The notes: generated from the letters alone by a model not told the origin. Positions 20,005-30,212 are shown, counted from the stretch's first letter. The stretch: DNA of 64,000 nt from Gloeobacterales cyanobacterium (GCA_038245785.1 JBBRSB010000025.1:11543-75542); one strand, 5' to 3'. A program made the numbers and translations.

Positions 20005-20359
20005 ATAAGTCTTTTAGGGCATCCTCTAATAGCACCCGAACGATATCTACTTTCTTCCTCCCTGTCTGTGCTGCGAGCATGGAGAGTTTTCGATGCATGG
20101 ATGCAGCCAAATCAACCGTAAGCCTGACGGTTGGCTCTTTTTGAGGCATCTGAAAGCGCGTTTGCATCTTTAGCTCCTCCGGCTCAGTAGCTGGCTCCAC
20201 AACAGGGGGACTATCAGGCAATGCTGAGGAGCGGTCATGTCCGGCAGGCGGAGCCGACAGACGGCTCGCAATTGGTGCAGGTGCCTCCACTATTTCGTTA
20301 CCGAACACAAATTGACTGGCTAAGGTGTCTTCCAGAGCCTTACGTTTCTTCTCAGTCAT
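19997..20359 (-). CDS. Ribbon-helix-helix partition protein (ParG/CopG-like)
   Basis: Low-complexity N-terminus and a C-terminal RHH (VRLTVDLAASMHRKLSMLAAQTGRKKVDIVRVLLEDAL). Overlaps the parA stop codon. Confidence 0.8.
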   Translation of the reverse strand: MTEKKRKALEDTLASQFVFGNEIVEAPAPIASRLSAPPAGHDRSSALPDSPPVVEPATEPEELKMQTRFQMPQKEPTVRLTVDLAASMHRKLSMLAAQTGRKKVDIVRVLLEDALKDLSQ

Positions 20360-20997
20360 CGCAGCATCCCCATCACTTCGGTAAATAGACTTTCATATTC
20401 ACTGGCTGACTCAGCAGCCGACTTCCCTGGCAAATCCCAAACTGTTGCACCCTGACCAAAAGTGTCAGCCACTGCCTGTTTTTGATGGATGACTGCTTTG
20501 AGGACCGATACATCAGGAAGCTTACTCAGTAGGTTGACTGCCTCCTCTTTAAGCTTTGTCCCACGCACCGCCCTATTCAAAAAGAGAGCTGCCTTTGGTG
20601 GACCGCTTCTCACGGACTGGGCCTGCCGAATCAGGCGCACGGCATCAGATGCGGAGCGCAGATCCACGCCCGTGGGCTGGCAAGGAACAAGCGCCAAATC
20701 CGAGCGGAACATGATTGCCCTGGTCGCTTCTGACAAACCCGCAGGACCATCCACGATCAGGTGGTCACATTCAGTAGCCAGCATCGGTAGGTGCTCTAGG
20801 AGATCATCGGGAGATCCCATTACCTTCCAAGGTACGGGCTCATTCATTAAGCCAAACCAGATAGAAGAGCTTTGCTGTGCATCTGCATCGATGACCATCA
20901 CCTTATGACCCTTTCGCAACAGCCATTCGGCAAAGTGGACGACAGTTGTGGACTTACCTGATCCACCCTTTTGATTAACAACCGCTATTACTGCCAT
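20356..20997 (-). CDS. parA: ParA partition ATPase (type Ib)
   Basis: Deviant Walker A NQKGGSGKST, IDADAQ, IVDGP. Short, with no N-terminal HTH. Likely start is the ATG at 20997 (MAVIAVVN). Confidence 0.93.
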   Translation of the reverse strand: MAVIAVVNQKGGSGKSTTVVHFAEWLLRKGHKVMVIDADAQQSSSIWFGLMNEPVPWKVMGSPDDLLEHLPMLATECDHLIVDGPAGLSEATRAIMFRSDLALVPCQPTGVDLRSASDAVRLIRQAQSVRSGPPKAALFLNRAVRGTKLKEEAVNLLSKLPDVSVLKAVIHQKQAVADTFGQGATVWDLPGKSAAESASEYESLFTEVMGMLR

Positions 20998-21027
20998 ACT
21001 TACTGCATCACTTACTGCATTACTGCG
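20988..21027. repeat. TACTGCA repeat cluster 2, overlapping the parA start codon
   Basis: ttactgccatacttactgcatcacttactgcattactgcg. Confidence 0.75.
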
Positions 21028-21099
21028 TAAAGTATCGCACATAACTATCAGGTTAGTGGAATTACTCTGCTCATAAGGAGCTTGGACCTACATTCTGCA

Positions 21100-21136
21100 T
21101 ACTTTTGATTCTTGATCAGTTCAAGAATCAAAAGTA
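21100..21136. promoter_or_regulatory. Perfect 16-bp inverted repeat upstream of parA (terminator or operator)
   Basis: TACTTTTGATTCTTGA-tcagt-TCAAGAATCAAAAGTA. Confidence 0.65.
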
Positions 21137-21176
21137 CTGCAATACTGCATTGCTTACTGCATTAATGAAGTACTGC
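21135..21176. repeat. TACTGCA repeat cluster 3
   Basis: tactgcaatactgcattgcttactgcattaatgaagtactgc. Confidence 0.72.
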
Positions 21177-21740
21177 TCAATCGCCCTGGGTTGATATTGC
21201 ATCTCCATTTCCCTTCAAGGAGTTTTGTATTTCCTCCAACCTGTCTCTAAACTTCCCGCGTACCTGAATGTTGGCAAGGTTATAGGTGGGTATCAAGTGC
21301 TCTTGGGCCAATGCGACTGCTGTTCGTGCGCCCCCCTCAATAGTTCCGTCGCGGTCGATCGGAGCCCAAAAGATTAAAAAGTCTGATGAGGTTTTCAAAT
21401 CACCACCCAGTATTTGAAACACGCTCCTTATATGGGTCTTACGAGCAAAGTCATCACAACCTTCCCAGTTCCCATGAATCCTGGCTGCTATCTCCGTAGC
21501 TCTCAATAAAATCTCTTGGTCCTCGATAACTATCCCTTGGTGGCCGTTGAAACCTTGGTAGGGCAGATACAGCTGAGCTGGTAGTGAAGTACCTTTGAGG
21601 AAAGCATCATCAGCGCCTTTTCCACCTCCGCTTCTGAGGACCTTTCCTAGAGTATCCAGAAGGACCGCTATACGGATCATCAAGCTCAGGATATCTGGTG
21701 GCGTTTTTCGGCTGCCTACTCCTGTGTAATAGTGATTCAT
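21177..21740 (-). CDS. SLOG-superfamily (DprA/Smf-like, phage-type) protein
   Basis: YYTGVGSRKTP, LRSGGGKGADDAF, QILGGDL...DFLIFW, GGARTAVALA, IPTYNL. Confidence 0.8.
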   Translation of the reverse strand: MNHYYTGVGSRKTPPDILSLMIRIAVLLDTLGKVLRSGGGKGADDAFLKGTSLPAQLYLPYQGFNGHQGIVIEDQEILLRATEIAARIHGNWEGCDDFARKTHIRSVFQILGGDLKTSSDFLIFWAPIDRDGTIEGGARTAVALAQEHLIPTYNLANIQVRGKFRDRLEEIQNSLKGNGDAISTQGD

Positions 21741-21793
21741 AGGGATTTATCCTGAGATGCTGTATTCCAATTAATGATTTTTTCATTCTGCTA

Positions 21794-21833
21794 TTACTGC
21801 AATACTTACTGCATCATTTACTGCATTACTGCA
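21794..21833. repeat. TACTGCA repeat cluster 4 (near copy of cluster 2)
   Basis: ttactgcaatacttactgcatcatttactgcattactgca. Confidence 0.72.
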
Positions 21834-21935
21834 CTAAGTTCATTATCTCAACAGCTAACAGGTTGATGTATTTCCCCTTCTAGCAAGGAGTTTGGGCTTA
21901 CGTACTTCATTCTCTAAATACTCGTTTAGTACTCC

Positions 21936-21967
21936 TGCAATACTGCATTGCTTACTGCATTACTCAA
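21936..21967. repeat. TACTGCA repeat cluster 5 (near copy of cluster 3)
   Basis: ctgcaatactgcattgcttactgcattactca. Confidence 0.7.
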
Positions 21968-22039
21968 TTTATGCCCCCATAATACACTTTTTGCCTTTTT
22001 TCATCTGCCCCACTGGCCCTGGATGAGGGGTTAGTCTTT

Positions 22040-22333
22040 TCAATCATTTGGGTCCAATGAATCTTCGAGATCTACTACCCCCTCATCCAATTCAACGGTT
22101 TCACCGTCAATCGTTTCATCAGCGAATACCTTCTCTGTTGCTTCTTTAATCAGACATTTTTCCCACTCCTGAACGGTCTTGGAGGGGTCAAGTGCAGCCA
22201 GTTTTTGGGCGGCAAGCTGAAGTGCATAGACAGTTACGGCAAACCCAAGTAAGGCATCGGATTCCTTCACCATCTCTTGCTCTTGCTTGCCAAAACCGCG
22301 ACCACTACTGGATCGCTTGGAGCGCTTGCTCAT
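22040..22333 (-). CDS. Hypothetical protein (~97 aa)
   Basis: ATG at 22333 with GAGG upstream. Basic N-terminus and acidic C-terminus. Confidence 0.55.
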   Translation of the reverse strand: MSKRSKRSSSGRGFGKQEQEMVKESDALLGFAVTVYALQLAAQKLAALDPSKTVQEWEKCLIKEATEKVFADETIDGETVELDEGVVDLEDSLDPND

Positions 22334-22707
22334 AGAAACCTCTGTAAAGAACGGCTCTAGCATAGCTCTCCTGTTAGCTGCGACTTTAGCAATAGACCAA
22401 GAACGACCTATGCCAATCAGCGTATAGCTAAAGCCCCTGTCAGGGCTCATTTAATATCTTTAATCTGTATATGCTCTAACCGAATAACTTTCTAAATTGA
22501 TAAGCCCTAACCACCTGTTCGTCCAAAAATGGGCAGATCCCAAAAACAAGCGGAGCCATCGAGCAGAAAGAACCCTGCGTTATTCTCTCCAACGGCCCTA
22601 AATGGAATTTGTACACTACAGCTATAGTGTAAAACTCGTAAATCCGATTCCAAAGCAGGGAAATCACCTAAGCAATTCCCTTCTGGAGTTCCAAGACAAA
22701 ACCAAAT

Positions 22708-25700
22708 TCAGGGCGGCAAACTTCGGAAAGGCTTATGCAAAGCTCTTACCACTTCTATAAATGGCTGGATGGTCTCAAGCTGCTGTTGTAATTCCACGGC
22801 CAATCTGCGGGTACATAACCAGGTGACTACCCGCTGGGCAGCATTCCCCTGGCGATATCGTTCCACCCAATAATCCTCAAAATCATCCTCTTCAAGGTGC
22901 TTGACCGTGGGCTCTTGATTCATGGAATAGAAATCTTGGACCGCTCTGGCTAAGGCTTGCTGTAATAAATTCTGGGAAGACGTTTCATTGGGCAGATGGG
23001 GTAAGACTTGGCTACTAAACCAAGCTAAAGCCCTAGTAATCGAACCCGCTTTGCCCCTGGACCCACCGGCCAGCTTCTGGATTTCCCTTGCTGAAGGTAA
23101 ACGCTTGTACTTAATAAAGAAAGCCAGAATCGTTTCCCCATGCCGATACCAGGCTTCTAATAAACGAGCTGCATTCGCTTTATTCTTCAAAGGTAGGGCT
23201 ACCCCGAAGAGTTCTTCCACTGAGCCAACCACTTGGACATAACGGTTATAGGGCGCAGGTAGGGGGTCACTGCGATAGAGCATGACTTGCAATGTATCGG
23301 TTCTGCGCGCAGGCCGAGGACGGTTAATCGCCTGTAATAAAGCTGCACTGCGTTCTTGATAAATCAACTCTCCTAAGAGGGGGTCTGTCATCGCTTCAAT
23401 CAGTTCATAACCCTCTGGTCCATAGGGTTGCACCCGGTAGGGCTGTAGAGCAGCAGCAGGTAAAGGTCGATTCTGGAGGGCCAGGAATCTTTGGAGCATC
23501 AGGGATAAGCGTTTGAGATGTCCAAGATTCGGGATGAAGGCCCCTGCCAAAACCATCGTCTTGGCTGCTTTCATGATGGGGTCATCAAAAGCGCGGTCAT
23601 GGTAACCGTAGTAGCTGGCCGGGAAGGATTCCCCTTGGGCACTACTCATCGTGATTAACCCTTCGATGGGCTCCTGTGCGGTCCATTGGTCTAGTAAGCC
23701 AGCCCCTTTCTTGTGGGTCATGAGCAAAGTTGGACCCTGCTTTGACCAAACCTTCAAAGCTGGAATCAGGTCTTTCAGGCGCTCGTCAGCAATCCGGCCG
23801 GGCGGGGCAGAAAGAAACTGGATAATTTCAATATTGAGTTGGCATTGATGTTCTTCCACCTGCATATCAGGGAAAAAAGCCTGAAGTAACAATCGATTCG
23901 GCGTGGCATCGAGATTTAAGACCCGACTCTGGGCCAAAGCTTCAATCAAATGCTGGTGGGGACGGTAGAGATGCAATCGCACAGAAGTTATTTGAGTACG
24001 TTGGTCCCCAGAGACCCCATTCTGTGGTTCTAAGACCGCTTCAAAGGTAAGATTAGCCCCGGCTAGTCCCTCGACTAATCCCTGGACTAAGGTTTCTAAG
24101 AGAGCATCGGTTACTCGTAAAGGAATCGATTCAAAGGCGAGCTGCTGTTCTTCGCCATAGGTGGCCTGATGCACATAGGGACCATCCTCAGTCTGCTGAT
24201 AGCGAGGCCGTTCCCAAGGATAGTAGGTAGCAGCAACGACCTCTTTTTTCTCCATATCCAAACGCAGGGGACGTAAACCCCTCATCCGAATCAGGGATGG
24301 ACGGATACGTTCTTGGTCTATCCAGTCTGTAACTCGCTCGCCAATACGCAATCGTTCTTGAGGGGAAGCTCCCCGATAACGAGCCTGGGCTACCTCCAAT
24401 TCCGTAAATACGGCCAGTAAAGCTTCCAGGGTTTCCTGCTCATACAGCTCCTCCCAGAATTGATATTGGAGGCCGTAATAGAGGTTGCGAGTTAATAGGG
24501 GTAGATGTTGTCCTACTTCCGTTGCTTCATAAAGATGATGAGGCAGATCTTCGTCAATAATGACCTGACTGAAATGGGTAATTTCTTCACTGGCATTGAG
24601 CACCGCTTGAGCGGTGGCCAGGACCACCGGAGCCAGATGCGCTTCCTTGATGGAGTCGAGAAACCCACAACGACCTTCTTGGCCCCAGAAGCAGGTACTA
24701 CAGGCCAAAGCGCTAGGGCTATGCCGTTGATTACCCACCTGAGAGACAGGTTCATGGTGGGCACAAACCAGACTGCCATGACCCACTTGCAGGTCATTAG
24801 CAAAGGTAGGGTCTGGAGCCTCGCGCCCTACCCGAATTGCTAACCAGTTCGGGTCTGTACCACCATTAAGATGACGTAAACGAGCCTGAAACTCATCAAG
24901 GGCTTGCAGGTTAGGGAATAAGACTAAGAGGGGTCCACCCAAGGTTTCCTGATAGAAGTGCAATAACTCCTTACGCGCTTCGCGGATTTCCTTGAGGATT
25001 ACATAGCTTTCTATTTCACTGATGAGAGGAACTTTCTTCCTCCCTTCCAAAACCTGTATTTGTTGCTGTAGCTGATAGGCGGTTAAACCATGACCTGCTT
25101 GGGACCACTCTTGCATCTTGTTAAAGAGTTGTCGGGCCAGGGCCTCTGTTTTCCCAACCCCAGGAGTGGTGGCAATTACTCTGCGGGGTACTCCTTCTCG
25201 AACAAGCCATTCTTTAACGGATTGCTCGGTAGCTTGATAAGCTTCCTCTACGGTTAAGAGGTCAGGTAAAGAATCAACCGTCCAGGAAGCTCCTTTGCGC
25301 TGCCAGGTCCGTTTGACCATTAAGGCCCGTTCGGGAGCCAATAACTGTTCAAATACGGCTTGTACATCCCAACCCCAGCGCACCCATTCTCCTAAGAGGT
25401 CATCCAAGCCGTACTTGTGGGCAGCTAGTGCTGTATTTGTTCTCAATACTTGGGGCCAGTTTGCGGCTAAGGGAATTAAACGTCCTTCAAACTGGCTCAT
25501 CACCGCATTACTCAAGCGGACCATGGCACTCCTAACTTCTTTTTTAGCCATGATGTCAGAGTCAAAACCGAAGACAAGCTGTGATGCCCGTGCCAGGACT
25601 CTTTGCAATTCTGGATGGAGTAGACCAGTCTTAGAGGGTCCCTGCCAACCATCGACCCCTGGTAAGCCGATAAAGACCACAGGTAGATCTCCTAACCGTT

Positions 25701-26466
25701 CCAGATTTTGGGCGGGGGCCTCGGTGGTATCTTCCCCTTCTGTGATTACCAATAAGTAGGGTTCATCGTTAGCCCAAAGCTGGTGTAGTCGCTCCCGCGT
25801 AACCTTGGGAATATAGGGATGAAGGGGCACGCCCTTGGCTTGGAGATATTTGAGTTCTTTGGCTTTCTTACCTTTCTGTTTGATGCGTAGAGGTACTTCT
25901 GGGTTGGCCCTAAGACCAACAAATTGACCTTGGAGATTAAAGATACCCAGAACCCGACCCACCGGAATTCTCAACTGCCAGCGAGGACCTTCTATGCCCC
26001 GGTTCTTCTGGAAAAACCCACTGGCCTGCACTTGGGCCTCGTTATAGACTCCGATGCGGAGGCGATGTTCAACGAGCCTTTCCAGAGTGCTAATCGCTTC
26101 AGAACTGAGATAGCGAGAATAGTAGGCATCCTCTATCTGAGCTTCAGCTAACTTCTCAGGGAAGCGACCAAGCAGTTCTGGAGAAGCGGTATCCCAAATC
26201 AATCGATGAATCAGGCGATAGTCGATATCTACGGGTTGTGGACTATCAAGCTTAGTCGTAATACGTTCTTTAGCCGGGAGATAGAGCCCGCCCATCTGGT
26301 CGCGTAAAGCTTTAGTGCGGCGATAGCGAATCCCATCTTCCCCAGTCAGCTCCTCTGCTGTAGACCGTAAACACAGCCAACCTTCTCTCTCACGGGTAGG
26401 CTTACAGCCATCATTCCTTCGATGGTTGCATAGTGGACAACGGTTAGTAGTGGACGTGGAGTGCAT
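22708..26466 (-). CDS. Primase-helicase-type plasmid replication protein (Zn finger + DUF3854-like Toprim + helicase)
   Basis: N-terminal CPLC...GC...WLC; Toprim-like LVITEGE...IGLPGV...VFGFDSD...GLDD; Walker A TTPGVGKT; Walker B VIIDED; NLDATP; QAINRPR. Start placed at the ATG at 26466. Confidence 0.75.
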   Translation of the reverse strand: MHSTSTTNRCPLCNHRRNDGCKPTREREGWLCLRSTAEELTGEDGIRYRRTKALRDQMGGLYLPAKERITTKLDSPQPVDIDYRLIHRLIWDTASPELLGRFPEKLAEAQIEDAYYSRYLSSEAISTLERLVEHRLRIGVYNEAQVQASGFFQKNRGIEGPRWQLRIPVGRVLGIFNLQGQFVGLRANPEVPLRIKQKGKKAKELKYLQAKGVPLHPYIPKVTRERLHQLWANDEPYLLVITEGEDTTEAPAQNLERLGDLPVVFIGLPGVDGWQGPSKTGLLHPELQRVLARASQLVFGFDSDIMAKKEVRSAMVRLSNAVMSQFEGRLIPLAANWPQVLRTNTALAAHKYGLDDLLGEWVRWGWDVQAVFEQLLAPERALMVKRTWQRKGASWTVDSLPDLLTVEEAYQATEQSVKEWLVREGVPRRVIATTPGVGKTEALARQLFNKMQEWSQAGHGLTAYQLQQQIQVLEGRKKVPLISEIESYVILKEIREARKELLHFYQETLGGPLLVLFPNLQALDEFQARLRHLNGGTDPNWLAIRVGREAPDPTFANDLQVGHGSLVCAHHEPVSQVGNQRHSPSALACSTCFWGQEGRCGFLDSIKEAHLAPVVLATAQAVLNASEEITHFSQVIIDEDLPHHLYEATEVGQHLPLLTRNLYYGLQYQFWEELYEQETLEALLAVFTELEVAQARYRGASPQERLRIGERVTDWIDQERIRPSLIRMRGLRPLRLDMEKKEVVAATYYPWERPRYQQTEDGPYVHQATYGEEQQLAFESIPLRVTDALLETLVQGLVEGLAGANLTFEAVLEPQNGVSGDQRTQITSVRLHLYRPHQHLIEALAQSRVLNLDATPNRLLLQAFFPDMQVEEHQCQLNIEIIQFLSAPPGRIADERLKDLIPALKVWSKQGPTLLMTHKKGAGLLDQWTAQEPIEGLITMSSAQGESFPASYYGYHDRAFDDPIMKAAKTMVLAGAFIPNLGHLKRLSLMLQRFLALQNRPLPAAALQPYRVQPYGPEGYELIEAMTDPLLGELIYQERSAALLQAINRPRPARRTDTLQVMLYRSDPLPAPYNRYVQVVGSVEELFGVALPLKNKANAARLLEAWYRHGETILAFFIKYKRLPSAREIQKLAGGSRGKAGSITRALAWFSSQVLPHLPNETSSQNLLQQALARAVQDFYSMNQEPTVKHLEEDDFEDYWVERYRQGNAAQRVVTWLCTRRLAVELQQQLETIQPFIEVVRALHKPFRSLPP

Positions 26467-26793
26467 AGCAGAGCAGGGTTCCAGGGCGGGTAAGCCCAAA
26501 AAAAGACGCAGCAGTTTACGTCCCAAAAGCCTGCGTGCTATGCTCTAAAAACATATTGGCGTGTGTTTTTAGAGCAGTACGTGCCGATCGAAAGCACGAG
26601 CTGTCAGGTTTCTGGGAGGTGGGGAGTGATCCTTGCCTCCTTACCTTTTTATTTAGACCAGTGTGTTTATTTCTCAAAGGGGGGTGTTTTGAATTCCCTG
26701 AAAGATCTCGCACGAGTCTGCGGTGAGATTAACACTGTGTTTTAAAGATCTCAAGTGCCCAAAACACAGATCAGAGTAGCTTTTCAGGTTTTA

Positions 26794-27085
26794 TACGCGG
26801 GCATCACATACAAAAACTATACGCGGGTATCACATACGGATCTGGAAATATACGCGGGCATCACATACAAAAAATGTACGCGGGTATCACATACGATTTA
26901 CCTTTAGCCTTCTATTTATAAGCCTTTGGTCGATTGCCATTTTTCAATTTATACGCGGGCATCACATACGAAAACTATACGCGGGTATCACATACGGATC
27001 TGGAAATATACGCGGGCATCACATACGAAAATCGTACGCCGGTATCACATACGAAATTTCAAAATCGTACGCGGGTATCACATAC
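26794..27085 (+). repeat. Nine 18-bp iterons TACGCGGGYATCACATAC (putative plasmid origin)
   Basis: Copies start at 26794, 26820, 26851, 26877, 26952, 26978, 27009, 27035 and 27068. Periods are 26/31/26/75/26/31/26/33. The array lies between two divergent replication-type genes. Confidence 0.88.
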
Positions 27086-27197
27086 AAAACCCCTATATCT
27101 GGAGAAAATTTCTGAAGTTAGTTTGAACTCTGCACACGAAAAGTGTGGAATTTCAAGCTGCTCTGGTAGGATATCCCTAATTCATAAGGCACTATAT

Positions 27198-28310
27198 ATG
27201 GAACTAAGTAGGGATAGTGCATTTCCGGTTGATGGTCAGCTGCTCCGCGTATTGCCTAGAGCTGGAGCTTCGTTACGAAATCCTAATGTACGTCCACCTG
27301 TCTTAGGCTCCAATATAGAAGGGTACTACCTGGAAATAAGCATTGAGCCAGAGTCTTCAGACCCAGATGAGGTAATACTTACCCGGCGTATCCCTTTGGA
27401 CCATCTATCTGAGAAGGAATTAGAAGAGCTGAAGCAAGAATATGCAAAGCTTGCTCTTAATCTGAAAGACCTCAAGTCCTTTATGGACCAAGGGCTTGCC
27501 AATAGTCTTGCTGATGTACAGGGGCGTGATGTCCAGAGAATTTTTACAACGCTGCTTACCTTCCTGAATGTCCGCCAAGTAGCAATACTTCTAGACCTGT
27601 ATCGAGAGGCCGCACGTCAGGGCAATGGCAGAGAGGTCCGTTTCCAGTCCAATGATCTCCTCGAAAGACTGGGCTATAAACGCACAGATAAGGGACCGTT
27701 CACCGCAAGGGTGCGCTCTCAATTACACAGAGATCTATTCGCTTTACATCGAACAGAACTAGTGTTTGCTAGCCCGTTTAAGAATGGTCAAAAAGTAGGT
27801 GCTGACCTTGATTTAAAAAGTATCCTGCGCATCAAAAGATTCAAAGTAGATAACTTACCCCGTGACTTTGATTCCACTAGAGCAGCAGACCGTTCTTTTG
27901 AAGCAGCCGATGAGTATACCGTCCATCTTGAATTTTTTGATGGACCTAGTGGGACAGGAGACTATGTACTATTTCCTAACACCATCGACATTAAACAAGA
28001 CCAGACGAACAATTCTCGCAAAGAATATAAACTGCGTCTACTCATCTATTTAGCCAGTCGTATGAAATGGGATAAGACTCATCAATATAAGGGATGTTTA
28101 ATTATTTCAAAGCAATTCCTATTTAAGCATTTAGACCTTTTAGGGAGAAACAACTCAAGGAATAATGAAATTCTTTGGAGGACCATAGAGGATTTGAAAC
28201 AAGAAGGATATGTTTTGCAAGCTCAAGAATTACCTGGTAAGAAGAAAAGTCTAAATATTGAGTTTCAAATTAATCCTGAAAAAATACGTTGGGAAAAGTC
28301 GGTCACTTAG
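27198..28310 (+). CDS. Putative iteron-binding replication initiator (Rep)
   Basis: 370-aa basic ORF just downstream of the iterons, with winged-helix-like segments (NDLLERLGY; LWRTIEDLKQEGYV). The track start at 26934 merely reads through the iterons. Function is inferred from context. Confidence 0.6.
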   Translation: MELSRDSAFPVDGQLLRVLPRAGASLRNPNVRPPVLGSNIEGYYLEISIEPESSDPDEVILTRRIPLDHLSEKELEELKQEYAKLALNLKDLKSFMDQGLANSLADVQGRDVQRIFTTLLTFLNVRQVAILLDLYREAARQGNGREVRFQSNDLLERLGYKRTDKGPFTARVRSQLHRDLFALHRTELVFASPFKNGQKVGADLDLKSILRIKRFKVDNLPRDFDSTRAADRSFEAADEYTVHLEFFDGPSGTGDYVLFPNTIDIKQDQTNNSRKEYKLRLLIYLASRMKWDKTHQYKGCLIISKQFLFKHLDLLGRNNSRNNEILWRTIEDLKQEGYVLQAQELPGKKKSLNIEFQINPEKIRWEKSVT

Positions 28311-28445
28311 AGTACATCAGCATCGCGCTTTGTGCGTTGAAGCTTTGGTGGGCGCTCGCTAGGCTGAAGTGAGGAACGGTTAACAATCAGCACATTTTTG
28401 AGGGTTTGGGCAGTTAATCCAAAATGTTTAAAGTAGAGTCGAAAA

Positions 28446-29255
28446 ATGATACAAGACAAGTTGCCAGAAAAAGTCTTAGATTGGTGCAAAACAAACGAAT
28501 GGTCAGAACCATTTCGCCAAGATGGGCTGTACTGGGGTTTTGCTCTTGGCTCAGTTATTCCACTGCCACTGCCCCTTCCACAAAAATCTCATGAAAGGTA
28601 CTTTTTAAATCAATACGCGGAATCAATAAAGACTGATCCTACCTGTAAATTTCTCGCTGAAAGCTTTCCAACGGATTTTGCAGCCTGGTTGCTCAGTGAA
28701 CGAATAGCCCTAATGCCACTTGGTTTAAGTGAACTGAGTTCGCAATATATTGAAGCAGATTCATCAGTTTTGCTGGATTCAGACAAGGTGCTTTTGCACA
28801 TCGAATTTTATGTCGAACCAGACCCTTGGATTCCTTTCAAGATGATAGATTACCACCTGAGAATCCACCACTGTTTCCCTGAAAAACAAATGCGCCAATT
28901 CGTCATATATTTAGCTCCTACAGATTCTGATCTCGTTCACCAGACTGTGTTTGAGACTGAGAAGATGCGGCACGAATTTCAGGTTATCCGTCTCTGGGAG
29001 CAGTCCACTCAAGCCTTTCTAGAATTGACGGGATTATTACCCTTGGCTGTGCTCACACAGACCTCAGACAAGGCGCAAACTCTGAGACAAGTGGCATCAC
29101 GGATTGATGCAATTCCAGAAATGCTTATTCAGAGTAATGTGGCCGCATCTGTCTCGATTCTTGCTGGGTTAACTCTGGAAAGAGACTTTATCAATCAAGT
29201 TCTACAGAAGGAAATCATGCAGCAGTCTGTAATTTATCAAGAAATGCAGAGATGA
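28446..29255 (+). CDS. Rpn/YhgA-like PD-(D/E)xK protein with an N-terminal extension and truncated C-terminus
   Basis: DPTCKFLAESFPTDFAAWLL...EADS...LHIEF...VIRLWEQ...QQSVIYQE. It stops before the usual DUF4351-type tail. Confidence 0.7.
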   Translation: MIQDKLPEKVLDWCKTNEWSEPFRQDGLYWGFALGSVIPLPLPLPQKSHERYFLNQYAESIKTDPTCKFLAESFPTDFAAWLLSERIALMPLGLSELSSQYIEADSSVLLDSDKVLLHIEFYVEPDPWIPFKMIDYHLRIHHCFPEKQMRQFVIYLAPTDSDLVHQTVFETEKMRHEFQVIRLWEQSTQAFLELTGLLPLAVLTQTSDKAQTLRQVASRIDAIPEMLIQSNVAASVSILAGLTLERDFINQVLQKEIMQQSVIYQEMQR

Positions 29256-29351
29256 AGACTTTCAAGAAGAAGCCCAAGCTAGAGAAAGCGGCTACAGTGC
29301 CTGAGTCATGTGTTTGCTATGATTTGACCCATTCCTTCACTTTGCACGCTC

Positions 29352-30212
29352 GTGCCTAAAGTAGCAGATATCGGCGGTAAACGACTCATCAGTCTCGCTC
29401 CAGACACCTGGGTGCAGTGGGTCACTCAATCTTCTGACGTCATTACCCGTGAAATTCTGAACTCCGAATTTCAATGGGTTAGTCGCCAAAATGACGTCCT
29501 GGTAAAGGCATTTAGTCCTCAACATGGTGAGTTTTTGATTCTCAATGAGCTTCAGCTTCGTTATACAAAAAATATGCCTCGCAGGATGAGAGCCTATGCA
29601 GCTTTGGCTGAAGAAAGATATAGCCTACCAACCTATCCCGTCTTGGTGAATATTTTGCCGCCAGCCTCTACCGTGATGATTAGCGATCGGTTTGAGGCTG
29701 ATTTTCTCGGTCTTCAGGCTCGGCAGGATTATCGAGTTATCAACTTGTGGCAAGTCGATGCGTCCATTGTTTTTGACCGATCCATCTCGACGCTTTTGCC
29801 GTTTGTACCTGTGTTGCAAGGCGGTGGTGAACCTGAAGTGGTTCAAAGAGCCGTGCAACAGCTAAGGTTGGATGAATCCTTGAGTGAATTGGAACCATTG
29901 CTAGGATTCTTTGCTAGCTTTGTTTTAGATACGGAATTGGTCAGTCAAATTCTTAGGTAGGATATGGCAGTATTACGCGAGTCGCCTTGGTATCAAGAAA
30001 TTCGGCAGGAAGGCGAGGATAGGGGCATTCTCAAAGGCAAACAATCGCTCATCCTCCGCCTGCTCACGCGCCGCATTGGTGGCGTGGCTCCAGCTTTGCA
30101 AGACCAGGTTCAAGCCTTATCGCTCGCTCAGCTTGAGGCTTTGGGGGAAGCTCTGTTGGATTTTTCGGACCCCGCAGACTTGGTGAAGTGGCTAGACGCA
30201 TACTCTGCATAG
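29352..30212 (+). pseudogene. Rpn/DUF4351-family gene split by an in-frame TAG at 29958-29960
   Basis: ORFs 29352..29960 and 29964..30212 share a frame. The junction reads QILR*DMAVLRESPWYQEI where this family usually has RWDM. Confidence 0.85.

Noticed and set aside
26794..27085. Repeat array as a CRISPR
   Set aside because: The repeats are only 18 bp, most gaps are 8-15 bp and themselves repeated, there is no palindrome and no cas gene. The context fits iterons.
26934..27197. N-terminal repeat extension (YAGITYEN / TRVSHT) of the Rep-like ORF
   Set aside because: It is a translation of the iterons from a TTG. The ATG at 27198 is the more plausible start.
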